A DNA stretch of 64,000 nt from a virus: IMG/VR virus record IMGVR_UViG_3300050343_000163; one strand, 5' to 3'. The notes under the pieces were generated by a model that was not told the DNA's origin, made no database searches, and worked only from the letters and a program-made list of their open reading frames with translations. Within the stretch, counting starts at the first letter, position 1. Each line of letters opens with the position of its first letter. The position numbers and the translations under genes are program-made. Positions 1 through 12,300 of the stretch are shown piece by piece.

Positions 1-736
1 CAGCAGGACCATTAACTCTTTGTGTCTGAGATGCTTTCTCAATAGAAGCTACTGCTTGACATAATGGTTGAGCAGTATTGTTTGCCCATGGCATAATGCA
101 TAGAGTAGATTTGGAAGTATATGAGTTTCTACCAAAAATACCAAACTCATTATTATTAGAAGCAGCAGTCCTTGCTCTCTTACCATCATGGAAGTGAGCA
201 TGTGGTTGGAAAGCAGTTGACAATACTTCAGATTCTTCTGTATAGTTACCAGTAGATCTTGTAAATCCTGGTTGACCAGTAATTGTTAGAGACTGAGATG
301 GAATGAAGAAATTTCCTTGATATTGAACTTCAAATACTGAACCAATGTTTGAACTAACTTCTAGTCCAACACCAGATTTGGTGATAGTTTGACCAGAATC
401 ATTCTGTAAGTAAGTATCAACATAATCACCTAAGTTTGCAGAGTTTGATGCTCTGATACTCTTGGCACCTAGATCAGGGACCTGAAATTGATTAGATAAC
501 AAATCAGTATCAGGTTTTTTATACCTACAGCTAGTGCCAACTCCCAAAACTTCTGCTAACTGTGGAAAAACTTCTGCTTGATATACAGAACCATCACATC
601 TAAGATAACCTGCTGGTAGATCTGCCAGAGTGTTAGGATCTTCTGGATCAGTTGATGTTAATTGGTCTGACCAATTAATAATAGATCCAGTTAGTGTTCC
701 TAACTTTGCTTTTTCTCTGCTATAAAATACTGCCAT
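1..736 (-). CDS. Tail-collar domain protein (short fibre/baseplate-associated), runs off the window start
   Basis: Manual translation from ATG at 736: MAVFYSREKAKLGTLTGSIINWSD...LPAGYLRCDGSVYQAEVFPQLAEVLG, a tail-collar motif; absent from the ORF track because it is truncated. Confidence 0.85.
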   Translation of the reverse strand, partial: MAVFYSREKAKLGTLTGSIINWSDQLTSTDPEDPNTLADLPAGYLRCDGSVYQAEVFPQLAEVLGVGTSCRYKKPDTDLLSNQFQVPDLGAKSIRASNSANLGDYVDTYLQNDSGQTITKSGVGLEVSSNIGSVFEVQYQGNFFIPSQSLTITGQPGFTRSTGNYTEESEVLSTAFQPHAHFHDGKRARTAASNNNEFGIFGRNSYTSKSTLCIMPWANNTAQPLCQAVASIEKASQTQRVNGPA

Positions 737-737
737 A

Positions 738-3389
738 TTAATATGCTCTGATAATATACAGTACAGTTAGGGATGGTGTATTAGGATTAATCTGTACGCT
801 CAATCCTCTGTCAACATTGATAGGTTCAACATTTCCAGTCGTCATATTATTTATCAGAATAGTACCAGGCAAATCCATCTGTCCCTTAGTCATTGTTAAA
901 TCAACAGTAAAGTGATTATGAGATCCAAGCGAGTTAGATGTAAATGCATCAGCACCATGATTCAATGTAACTGGGTAAGGAGTATCTCTACCTTCACCAA
1001 TAGCACCATAATAATCTTCCTCATCTGTATCAACACCAGATCCACCACCAGTAGGACCAGAGAAAATTGTATCAACTCTAAACAATTCTGTACTAATAGC
1101 AGGACTAAATGGACTAAACTGAGCTGTTGGGAAAGTTAGTGTGTTGCCAGTATTATAACCTTCTCCTTGATTATTAATAGTATTAATCTTGTATCTAGTA
1201 TTGATAGGACTACCACCATTCACGACAATACCATCCAATCTAATTGATTGTGGAGTGAATGAATAATTGCCAAGACCAAGATTAATTCTTCTAGATGTAT
1301 TAAATGAGAAATTTAATATATCTCCAACTGAATATCCTGTTCCAGCTTCAATAACAGATTCAACTCTCAATCTACTATTATATGGATAAGATTGACCAGA
1401 AGATACTTGTCCAATTTTTAGGATACCAAATGGACCCATTGATTGCATAGAAGTATTAGGAAGTCCTAGTGCAAGTCTTCTATCAGTATTAAAGTAACAC
1501 TGTAGCTCTGCTCCAGCAGTAAATCCAGTACCAGGATCTACAACTTCTAATAATTTCCACCTTGAGTTGGGAGGATAAGCAGGATTATTACCTGAACCTC
1601 TTACTGGTTCAAGTCTAATTCTAACTTCAGCACCAACACCATTACCATCAGATGATACTAATGTACCATCACTAGTCTTACAAGTAGCAACTAAAAAGTC
1701 ACCAAAACCATTCCAATATTGTGCAGCAGAACCATCAAGAGAATAGAACCAATCATTATTACCCATGTTGTTACTGTTGTACCAACCATCAGGTCCTGGT
1801 CCATTTGTCCAAGCGGGATCATTTTCAACAGAATCAATTTCATTATGATAACCTTGTAATGTAGCAACATCAATTGCTGCACCTGAAATGAATGGTTGTG
1901 GCCATGCTTCACATCTAATTCTCAAAACCATACCAGTTCCAGAACCACCAGTCATGGTAAATTCTTCTTCTACAAAATCACTTCCATCATTCCAAAGCTG
2001 AGCATTTGCTCCATCATTATTATACGCCCATCTATTAATAGCAGCAGCGTAATATCCAGAACTAGTTACTTCACTGTTTGGGTTTGGTACTTCTGAATTA
2101 CCGAGACTATCCTCGTAAATCGCAAAGTCACCTTGAGCGGCAGAGAATCCACCTGTTGCTAATGCAGGATCAGGCCATGGTTCAAATGTAGCGTTGACAA
2201 TTATCCCAGTACCATCACCACCAGATAATGGGAAGTTATTAACTATTTGGTCATCCATGGAATTCCATCCCATAGATCCAGAAAGGTATGTCCACTCTCC
2301 CACGCTCTTTGAATAAAATCCAGAAGATACAGTAAGATCTTCTTTCAATAGGAACGCATTTGTTGCACCTGCAGGAGGTACAAAGGTTACACCCTCTCCT
2401 CTTCTAGGACCAGGAACATCACTAGATTGATAGTAATTTCTTTGTCCCAAATAGATTCCTGGTGGTGGGAATGGAGCAGTAACTGCTGGTTGTTGTACGT
2501 TTGTAATACAGCTATTATCATCTTGATATTCAACAGTATTAGCATACTGTGCTACAGTTCTGTTTACTGTTGGTACAATAGGAATAACATCAGAATCATC
2601 AGAATAGTTTCTGAATGTAGACATCGTTGGAAGACTATTTGCCTGAGGATCATATGCCGTCCATGTCAATGTTCCAGGATTAAATCTATCTGCTTGTGAT
2701 TCTTGAGGGTTTAAACCAATATCACCACCAGTAGTGAATTCACTATCTTGTACATCAAATAAACCTGCTTCAAACAATCCGAGATAACCACCACCTAGTT
2801 CTACAGATGGATAGAAACCATCAGTAGGTTTAGAGTGTGTATGAGATGCAGTGTGTTCTACACCTAATTTTCTAGGAATAATTCTAAGAGTATCAAAGTA
2901 TGCTGGTTCTTCAAAGTCAATACCTTTGATTTTTCCTGCCAGTTCACTACTAACATCAACACTGAAGTTAATGTCAATATAAGATAGAACATTAGTTAAT
3001 GGTTGTTGTGCAGAATCAACACCATTTAAAGAAACATATTGTCCAACGACAAATGCTTCTGCAGGAGTTAATGCAGAACTCTCCAAGTCAATCAAAGATA
3101 CTTCACTGAGTGTTGGTAGATTAAACACATCATCATCATTGTATACTGGATAGCTATTAGAAATGCCAATAAAGGGTTGTCCTGGTTCATTAAATGGACC
3201 ATATAAATTTCCAACTACCTGTGCAAGTAGAGGATAATCTCTTGCTCTTAGTTGCTGTCCCCTTAATACAACCCACCCCTTAGGGATTGCATCAGGGACA
3301 AGAGAGGATGTACTAGAGCTACCAGTCCATGGCATGATTGTGCCGATAGGACTGATTTTTTGTGCTTTGATTCTGTTGTAACTTGCCAT
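738..3389 (-). CDS. Tail-collar domain fibre protein, 883 aa, with internal repeats
   Basis: N-terminal PIGTIMPWTG...IPKGWVVLRGQQLRARDYPLLAQVVG collar motif; C-terminal PSLTVLYIIRAY typical of these fibres. Confidence 0.85.
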   Translation of the reverse strand: MASYNRIKAQKISPIGTIMPWTGSSSTSSLVPDAIPKGWVVLRGQQLRARDYPLLAQVVGNLYGPFNEPGQPFIGISNSYPVYNDDDVFNLPTLSEVSLIDLESSALTPAEAFVVGQYVSLNGVDSAQQPLTNVLSYIDINFSVDVSSELAGKIKGIDFEEPAYFDTLRIIPRKLGVEHTASHTHSKPTDGFYPSVELGGGYLGLFEAGLFDVQDSEFTTGGDIGLNPQESQADRFNPGTLTWTAYDPQANSLPTMSTFRNYSDDSDVIPIVPTVNRTVAQYANTVEYQDDNSCITNVQQPAVTAPFPPPGIYLGQRNYYQSSDVPGPRRGEGVTFVPPAGATNAFLLKEDLTVSSGFYSKSVGEWTYLSGSMGWNSMDDQIVNNFPLSGGDGTGIIVNATFEPWPDPALATGGFSAAQGDFAIYEDSLGNSEVPNPNSEVTSSGYYAAAINRWAYNNDGANAQLWNDGSDFVEEEFTMTGGSGTGMVLRIRCEAWPQPFISGAAIDVATLQGYHNEIDSVENDPAWTNGPGPDGWYNSNNMGNNDWFYSLDGSAAQYWNGFGDFLVATCKTSDGTLVSSDGNGVGAEVRIRLEPVRGSGNNPAYPPNSRWKLLEVVDPGTGFTAGAELQCYFNTDRRLALGLPNTSMQSMGPFGILKIGQVSSGQSYPYNSRLRVESVIEAGTGYSVGDILNFSFNTSRRINLGLGNYSFTPQSIRLDGIVVNGGSPINTRYKINTINNQGEGYNTGNTLTFPTAQFSPFSPAISTELFRVDTIFSGPTGGGSGVDTDEEDYYGAIGEGRDTPYPVTLNHGADAFTSNSLGSHNHFTVDLTMTKGQMDLPGTILINNMTTGNVEPINVDRGLSVQINPNTPSLTVLYIIRAY

Positions 3390-3398
3390 CTTTTTTTA

Positions 3399-6300
3399 TC
3401 AGACCTCCATTAGCCACCAACCTTGTACACTGGTTGGAATTCCGATTTGATTATTACTATCAGTAGAACCGAGATAGATCAAAGCAAATGCTGCATTTGC
3501 TGTTTGTACAACGAGTTCACCAGAAGGATATGGTGTAATTCTATCGCCAAACAGTGTACCTGTAGAATCTCCTTGAATTGGAGTTCCACTGGTTTCAGGG
3601 GTTCTAATAACAAGTGTGGTATCATATTTAAGATTGCCACCAACGTCAATCAATCTAACAACATCGCCAGTTTTTGCTCCATCTGGTAAAGTTACAATCA
3701 AGGTTTGTGTTGATTGAATATTTGCCATGTAAACAATATTTGGAACCAGAGTTAGATCTGCTTCAGGTGATGCAGCAGAAATATATCTGGTGTGTCTTGC
3801 ACCATTGCTAGTGTAGTAGTTATTAATACCAAAGGCATCAATAGAACGATCTTGCTTGACTTCAAATTGATCTGCACCATTAACTCCAAGATTTTGTACA
3901 GAGAATACATTTGTCTCGGTAGGTGTAGTAGTCGATACCCCCGTAATAGTTAGGGAAGTTTTAACTGTGCCATTTCCAAGGTTATCAATAGAGAACGATG
4001 GAGTACAATCTAGTGATTGAATAACGTTTTCTGGACAAGATGATGGATATAAGAAGAAGTCACCTCTAGCAACAACACCAGCATCCCAGTTAAGTAAACC
4101 TTGGTGATCAGCATGACCATCATCGTTGGTTAACTTGAATAGTTCAGTCTGTCTAACAGAATCATAGATGATAAAGTCACCGCCACCCAACGTTAGATTG
4201 TTGGTAACGTGTAGACTACCTTGTCTATAAGACTTGGCACCATCACCAAGTTGTTCATTCATCACAGTTGTGTGAATCTTTCCATCCAATCTACCGTTTA
4301 CAACAGCTAGAACCTCTTCACTGTTAGACTTATTACTAAATCTTATCCATTGCTTATAATCTAGTTTCTGTTGTACAATGTATCCTCTCTCAATAATTAC
4401 AGAGAGATAATCAACAGGAGCTCCGCCAGACTGTCTTTGTCTGATCTCAGCATCATTAACACGAGACCAATCTTTATGTTTGATGAGTCTTCTTACAGAA
4501 TCACCAACGTTGTGAGTCATCTCAACTGTTCCTTCCTGAGCACGTTTTGCGATTAGAGTAGGAATTGCACCAGTGATAACACCATCAATCTCAAGGAATT
4601 CAAGTTGTCCAGAAGTAGCGAAGGAAGCAGTAGGACCAATAGCAATTAGATCACCAACAACGAATGCACCAGAACCTTCACCAAGACTTTGTACAGGAAT
4701 CTGTAGTAGTGTTGCATCATTTCCAGTTGCAGTTGCTGCAGAAATAGTAGTTGAAGGACCATTTGACTGAATAGTCTGTGGATCAACATAGTAACTGTAA
4801 GCAACTACATCATCTAGATCAACTACACTCTCAAGAGAAGCAGTAGTAGTATAAGAAGAATTGCTAGACCATGCTATTCCTACATCAAGTCTGCCAACGT
4901 AAGATCCAATATCAGTAGTTCCAGAACAAGAGTTAATTTCAAACGTTCTATTTTCACCACCATCTTTGACAGTAAAGAGTTCATCTCTCTCTGCCTTCAT
5001 GCTTATACCAGTAGCAGAAGAACCACCAATGAATGATTGATTTAGATAGATAGCACCACCAAAGATGAAATCAACTTTGGTATCTTGTAAAGTCTTAACA
5101 GGACAGGAGTCTGTAAGAATCTTCAGAGAATCGCCTGGTTTAATGTCTGCGAGTGTCTTATTAGCAGTTGTAATAGTAACGTTAGAAATAACTCTAGAAC
5201 GAGATTCAATATTACCAGTAAACTCAACTTGATTTAGAGTGCCACAACCACCATCAAATGCTAAGCTAGAGTTGATAGTAAGAACAGATCCAGGAATATT
5301 TGGATTACCAATCTGTACCTCACCAGTTACAGAGTTGACTACGAATACATCCTCATCAGGATCACTACAGTTAGAAACTCTAAACTTCTGAACTTGCTGA
5401 TCTAATGGAGAAACAACCTTGACATATTCTGGGACTTTAGGAGAGTCATCTCTATCAACGATAACGTAATCGTTATTAGTAAGTGACCCACCAAACTCAG
5501 AGAGATATACATTGTCAGTTGCACTACTATCGCTATCAAGTGCTTGCTCAGTCCATGTAGCATCAAACTGTACATTAACCTTAAAGATAGGAGTTGTATC
5601 AGCATGATTTTCTAGGATACCGCCAAATGCACCGAATGGACGACGCTTAACCTTAACATAGTAAGGAGCAGCGTTGATTCTAGTTAGTTCTACAATCTGT
5701 AGAATTTCTGGGTGACTGGTTGCAGAAGAACCAGATCCAACAACAGCACTATTAATAATGATATAATCATTAGTTCCAAAGTATGGATCACCATTTGCTT
5801 TGACTGGTTGATTCTTAAGTGGTAGATAGAACTGATCACCAGATAGAGCGGATAGATCTGTTGGTTCAATTACACCACCGATGTTTACTGCCTGCTGATA
5901 AGCTGCACCACCCCAAGTTCCACTACCTGCGGTATCAACTTGGTTATATCCTTCCTCTGTAGTTCCTACAACTAATATGTTGAGGATATCAATATTCTTA
6001 TTAAAGAGAGTATCACTTAAGATTCCATCTTCGTGTGCGCTAATATCTGTGCCAAGTTGTGCTCTACCACCTTCAAATGCGAAGGAGGCAACACCACCAC
6101 ACATATGCATATCACCAAGGAACTTAGCAGATGCAACAACCTCTAGTTGGTTGTTAATCGTAGTCTTACCACCTTGACCTGCGATGTTAATCTCAGATGC
6201 ATTTAGTGCGAAGTTAAGGATCGAAGGACCACCAGAGTTAGAGAAGAATTCAACTTGTGATGCTTGAGACTTAAGTTCAACAGTCTCACCAATTCCTCTA

Positions 6301-9300
6301 CGGAATCCGAGCCACATATCACCATCAACTCTGAAGTTTCTGGTATTGATCTTGGTGTAAGATAGATCTTCATTAGAGTTGAGATATGCACCACCAATTT
6401 CTACCTTGGAGATACCAACACCAGAGCTATCAGGTGTAGCACCCAACCAGATGTTGCTATGTGCAGATCCTCTACCGATGTTAATGAATTGATCATCAAC
6501 ACTATCATTCAACATGTTGAGATAAGTAACTTCGCTACCGAAGTTGACTGTTCCAGTAAATGTGGTATCATCAATTAGATTAAATGTGCCAGTTGTCTGA
6601 GAAGTTCTAATCTCAGCAATTACACCATCATCACCATTGACTTCAATATCATGTTCAAAGCGAACATCATCAGTAAATCTAGATGTGCCGTCAACAACCA
6701 GAGCTCTGTCTAGTTGAGAGTTATCTACATTAATACCAACACGACCACTATTTGTAGTAGCAACACGTAAGACTGCCTCATCATTAGGAGCAGAACTATC
6801 ACCACCAACTAACAGTGCATTGTCGATTGCTGTCTTGTCACGATCAGCGAAGTTAGTGTGATCTAAGAAGTCACCTGTAATTCTACCGCTAATGAATGTG
6901 TTACCAACAACATCAAGGTTTGCACGAGGATCAGTTGTTAGAGTATCAACCCATGCATTTGTATATGCACTATGTGGAGCACGAGCAACAGTGTTGATGC
7001 CTAGCTTGTACTCACCAATAGTCTCAGTTTCAGTTCTCAGTGCTTCAGCACCTAGAACACCAACTTCCTTGAAGTTAGCATTAGAGAACTCAATAGTTGG
7101 TTGATCTGCACCTGCTGAAGTTCCAGCAATAATATTTTCCCATGGTTCAGTTGCCTGTGGGATCTGATCAATAACTTGGAAGTGACAGTAGTTATTGCTT
7201 GGAGAGAATGCATCGCCTGGTTTAGCAGCATATACTACCCAAGTTAGATTCAATCTAGGATCATAGTAGAAGTTCTTGATTCTAATCTGAGAAGCAGAAG
7301 TAATTCCAATATCAGTGTTAGAAAGAGTAACACCACTGTTAAAGTCTCTGAAGGAGATCTTAACAACGTTAGTACCATCAAACTCAATGTTATCAATCTG
7401 ATTATCTGCAATCTGAGAGAAGTAGTTAGATAAGACCCATGCAATAGATCCATTCTTACCAATCTCAGATCCTTTGAATAGAACATCGCCAGGAGCAGCA
7501 AGAACACCACCATAAGTAACAAATTGAGATGCATCAATTCTAGAACCACCAGAAGCAATTAATGGAGATTGATTAGGAGTAATGTTCGATGCAACACCGC
7601 TAATGGTGTGAGTCTGGAACATGTAACTCTGACCATTTCCTCTAGCATTGAACTGGAAGATAGCAGAACGAATTCTGTTCTTGCTTAGTCTGATGTCACC
7701 TTCAGTTGGAGGAGCAAATGCAGTTCTGTCTAGACCTTCATCTTGTTGTAACTGAGTTACAGGATCAACAGAAGATACGTTAGAACGAATGATTAATGCA
7801 TGTCTTGCCTGTGTTAGATCAGAATCTTGAACAGCGATAGTAATTGGTGATTCAAATGTGTTGACTAGCTGTCCGTCACCACCAACAACTGTAATATTCT
7901 GGTTGAATGTTACAGGTGTATCGAAGGTAGTAACTAGACCACCAATTGTGTCATCCTCATCTCCATCATCTGCTAATGTAGCAGTGTCTATAAATGTCTC
8001 TTCACCAGTGATAGCATTAATTCTTCTGTTACCAATGTATAGATCACCTTGTGAGTTAATACCTGTATAGAATACGATACCACCATCTTGTTTCTTAGAC
8101 TGTGCGTAGAAGTCTTCTTCAGGTGTTAGTACAACTTCCTGTCTAGCTGGTAGACCAGTTGAGTAGTTACCTGGACCAAAACCAAGATATTCAAACGTAT
8201 GGTTACCAGCACGAGCGATAGATGGTCGTCTAAGTTCAACATAATATCTCTGATCAGATAGAACTGTGCTATCACCAGAAATTGGAATCCTGCGATCTTC
8301 AGAACCAGAAGTTGCATTACCACTTTGTGCTTGAATTGCATTGACACCAGTGTAGGTGTTAAGCAAGAATGCAGGTTGTTCTGTAAGGTCTGCAACCATC
8401 TCTCTGGTTGTAGAGTTCTTAAAGTCGTTAACTGTGACAAGACCATGTACATAGTTGTCAGCAGCAGAGTATACCTGTGGTGGGTCAATTAATGCAGCAT
8501 ATAGATCTTTTTCTTCTTGTGAAGTACCAGACTTCTTAAACCAAAGAGGATCGTTTCTATAGTTAAGAGGATATAGCTTACTGACTGGTTGAGAGAACTT
8601 AAACTTCTTGAAGTTGTTAGTTACACCAGCACCAGTTGGGAATGGTGAAACGTTACCACGGAGAGCAGTTAGATAGTAGATACCATCTTGCTGTCCAGAA
8701 ATTCTCTTTTGTAGAGTGTCATATCCGAAGATATAGAATGTATCTTCGATAACTCCTGCATCTTCAACACTATCAACATAGTATTCAACACCAGCGTCAT
8801 CTTGAATTCTGTCGCCAGGTGTGATAGTATAAACGTTAGCGCCGTTTTGCTTGTAGAAAAACTGGGGATTATTTTTTCTGATTTGAGTTTTTAGAGGAAG
8901 CGATTTGCCCATGTCCTGATCCTCAAGCATGTCAGCAAAGACAGTTCCTTGAGTAAATCTTGTATTGGCATATTCACTGTACTCTAAATCACCACTGCGA
9001 ACGTTCTTGATGATTAAGTAATGTTCACCATTTACAGTATAATATGCATGAACGTTAGCTAAACCAGAAGAATTACCAGTAAAACTAATAGCATTAGGAG
9101 ATCCAGAAGTATTATCTACCTTACTAGTTACGAAGTTACCACCTTGAGGAGCAGTAATCTTAATTGTAGTAAATGTCTCGTTCCTTAATCCAGGGAAGTT
9201 TCTAGTATCAACAGCATGATCATATAGATTTAACTCAAGATACTTGATAGAAGGATCTAAAACATCTTCTACATAACGACCAGATTGAATAGTTGCTTGA

Positions 9301-12300
9301 ATACCAGAGGTGAATCTTGCAAATGCTCTGTACTCAATGCCTGCACCTGTTTGATCCTTTTTAAATGGATCATACTGTGCATCTAAATTAAGACTATTAG
9401 TATTGAAATCAGCAGAATCGTATCCAATATATTCACCAGCTTGTACTGGGTTTTCAAAACGAGCACCATATACTGTACCTACAACTGGTTTTAATACAAT
9501 CTTCTGAGGTACTAACTTACGTGTGTCATCAGTTCTTGTCTTAACAACAAATCCATTAATAGGATCTCTTGCATTCTCAAGATACTTAGGAATGACCATA
9601 CGTAATTTGTATGTTCTATCATCCTTGTCACGATTATCCTCTAGACGTTGATACCACATATCAGTGGATCTCTGCCTATCAGCGTAATCAGACTGAGAAA
9701 TTCTCCAGAAGATATTATCTGTAGGATCACCACTACCAGTTACCTCATCCTTACACTGGATGTACCACTTACCATTAGTTGCAGTAGCATCAGTGAAACC
9801 AGGATCGAAGCGCATTGGCGAACGACTCTTGTTAGCATAAACATTAAACTCAAGACCAGATTGACCAGATGCAAATGTAATTGGATTTACATTGTTAATT
9901 GCATCAGCATGTGTCTTGTGTAATGTAAGTGTCTTATTGTTCTGATAACGAGTGAAGAACTCAATGTTAGGATTGATTCTACCGATAGCAGAGTTCTGTG
10001 AATCAGTTACTGCAACCTGAGGATCGTTAACATAGGTCTGTGAGATTAGAGGTAGAACACCACCCTCAACAGCTCTGATGAATGCTTTCTGAGGTGTAGT
10101 ACCAGCATTAGGAGCATCAAAGATGTGAGATACATCTGTTTGAATACCAGCGTTAACTGATGTACTTAGTACACCAGTATAATTGTGTAGATCATACTTG
10201 TCATCTAAGACAAACTGATAGAGATCGATCTCAACATCCTTATCAATTGCATCAGTTTCAGATGCATAAATGTAAATACCAGATGCTGCGTTCTCTCTAG
10301 AGGTTGCAAGCATCAATCTAGTTTGATCACTACCATCGAAGAATGATGTACCACCGTAATTCTCTGGTTGTGTTACTCTACCTGGTGCAATGACATAGTA
10401 TGTTCTGTTAGTATCAAAACCATTAGGTAGTCTAACAAGACGCTTATCAACATCAACATACTTACCAGTTACTTGATCGAAACGTGGACGTGGAACTAAT
10501 CTAACTGCTGTACCAGTTTCAAAGTCATGTGGGTTAGAAGGACCACTACCAGAAACGTCAATCGTAAATACTGTAGCTCTAGATGCAAGAAGTGCAGTGT
10601 TAACTGTCTGCTCTTGTCTAGTAACTGTGCCAAGACCACTATTAATAATAGTAGTGATGTTACCGACTAATGTTTCAATAGCATTAGCAGTACCAGAACA
10701 CTCTCTATTTGTTGAAGAAACTGTGGTGTCTTGAATGACCTCTTCACCAGTTCCTGCAGGACCGACAATCTTAGTTGTGGGTAATGTATCCGCCCAAATA
10801 CCACTTTCATATACAAAGTATAGTTCAGTTGTAGTGCTAGTCTGTAAGGCGTTGACTGTGTTGCCTTCAGTTAGTCTAGAACCATTAACACCAAGTTCAA
10901 TTTGTGTATTACTTACAATGTTCTTGACATATGTACCAGCAGGGATATTAGATACTAGTTGAGTTGCTCCACTTTGTAGCAATCCATTGACATATGCTGG
11001 TGCAGTTGGATCAGTGTCATCATATTCCTTGACACTCATACCAATAATGATGCCACGAGTATCGTTAACATCAACGATTGCAGAACCAGTAGTTGTAGAA
11101 CAGTTGAATGCGAGAACATCGAAGTTTCTCATGGCAGCAGTTGCCATCTCTCCAACATAGTTCCATGCATCTAGAGTTTCAGTCTTCTCACCGTCAATAT
11201 ACTCTAGGTTGTTACCAACATAGTATGCCTCACCAGCTTGGATACTGTTAATGTTACCACCAAGTCGTAAGTCATTAACAACAGCATCAACGATGTAAGT
11301 AACATCACGGAAACACTTGGATGCTTCGTTATTGATTGTGAAGTCTCCAGTGTTAAGAGGAGGTAAACCAGCAAGTGTACCACCAACGATTGCATCTTGT
11401 AGAATATCAAAGAGAACTTCGATAGAACTACGAACGTTTGCACAATCCCACTCACCATTGTTTAGAGGTGGTAAGTTGTTAAGGTTACCATCATTAAGGG
11501 AGTTACATGTAATATCAATCAGTGCGTTAACAGTAGCTAGAACATCAGAACAGTTACCATCTGCATATGCAGCAGGTCTATACTTACCAGATGCTCTAGG
11601 ATAAGAATGTGTCATAACATTCTGATCCTTAGTACACTTGAAGATTAAAGATTCTTCCTTAAGTTTGACACTAGTACCAGAGGTTATTGTGTGAGAACCA
11701 ATCGTAAGAGCAACAGAACCAGTAGCAGGATCATAAACAGCGTTCGATACATTGTGCTCAACTAGAGGAGATGCACCAACATTAATTGTAATAGAGGTTG
11801 CAGTTACAGCAGTTGGGTTAACATTTTGACCAGCAACAGGATCAGATCCAGCACGAGGATAAGTCTTAGTTGTTGAATCTCTACCCATATCACAAGAGAA
11901 TGTGAGTGAGTTATTGTCCAGAGATAGTTGATCACTAGTGGTTACACCATGTGCAGTTCCAAAGTATAGAGTTAGATCACCACTTGCAGCATCGTATGTT
12001 GCATTAATTGGTGTTAATGGACTACCGTTAACCACGTTAACAGCGTCAGCAGATGCACTTACAAATGTATGAGCATAAGCACCACCAGATACTAAAGCAC
12101 CAGTAGCTGCTGCGATAAATGTGTGTGGATATTGATCTTGTGATGCAGATGCACCAACGTTAAGTGTAACAGAAGTAGCAGTAGTGCTGATAACATTGAG
12201 TGCCTTGTTCCATGCAGGATCAGGACCATCAAGAGTAGTTCTAACTACACCATCAAGATTACCTACGCCACCATCATTACCAATTGCTTGAATAACGATA

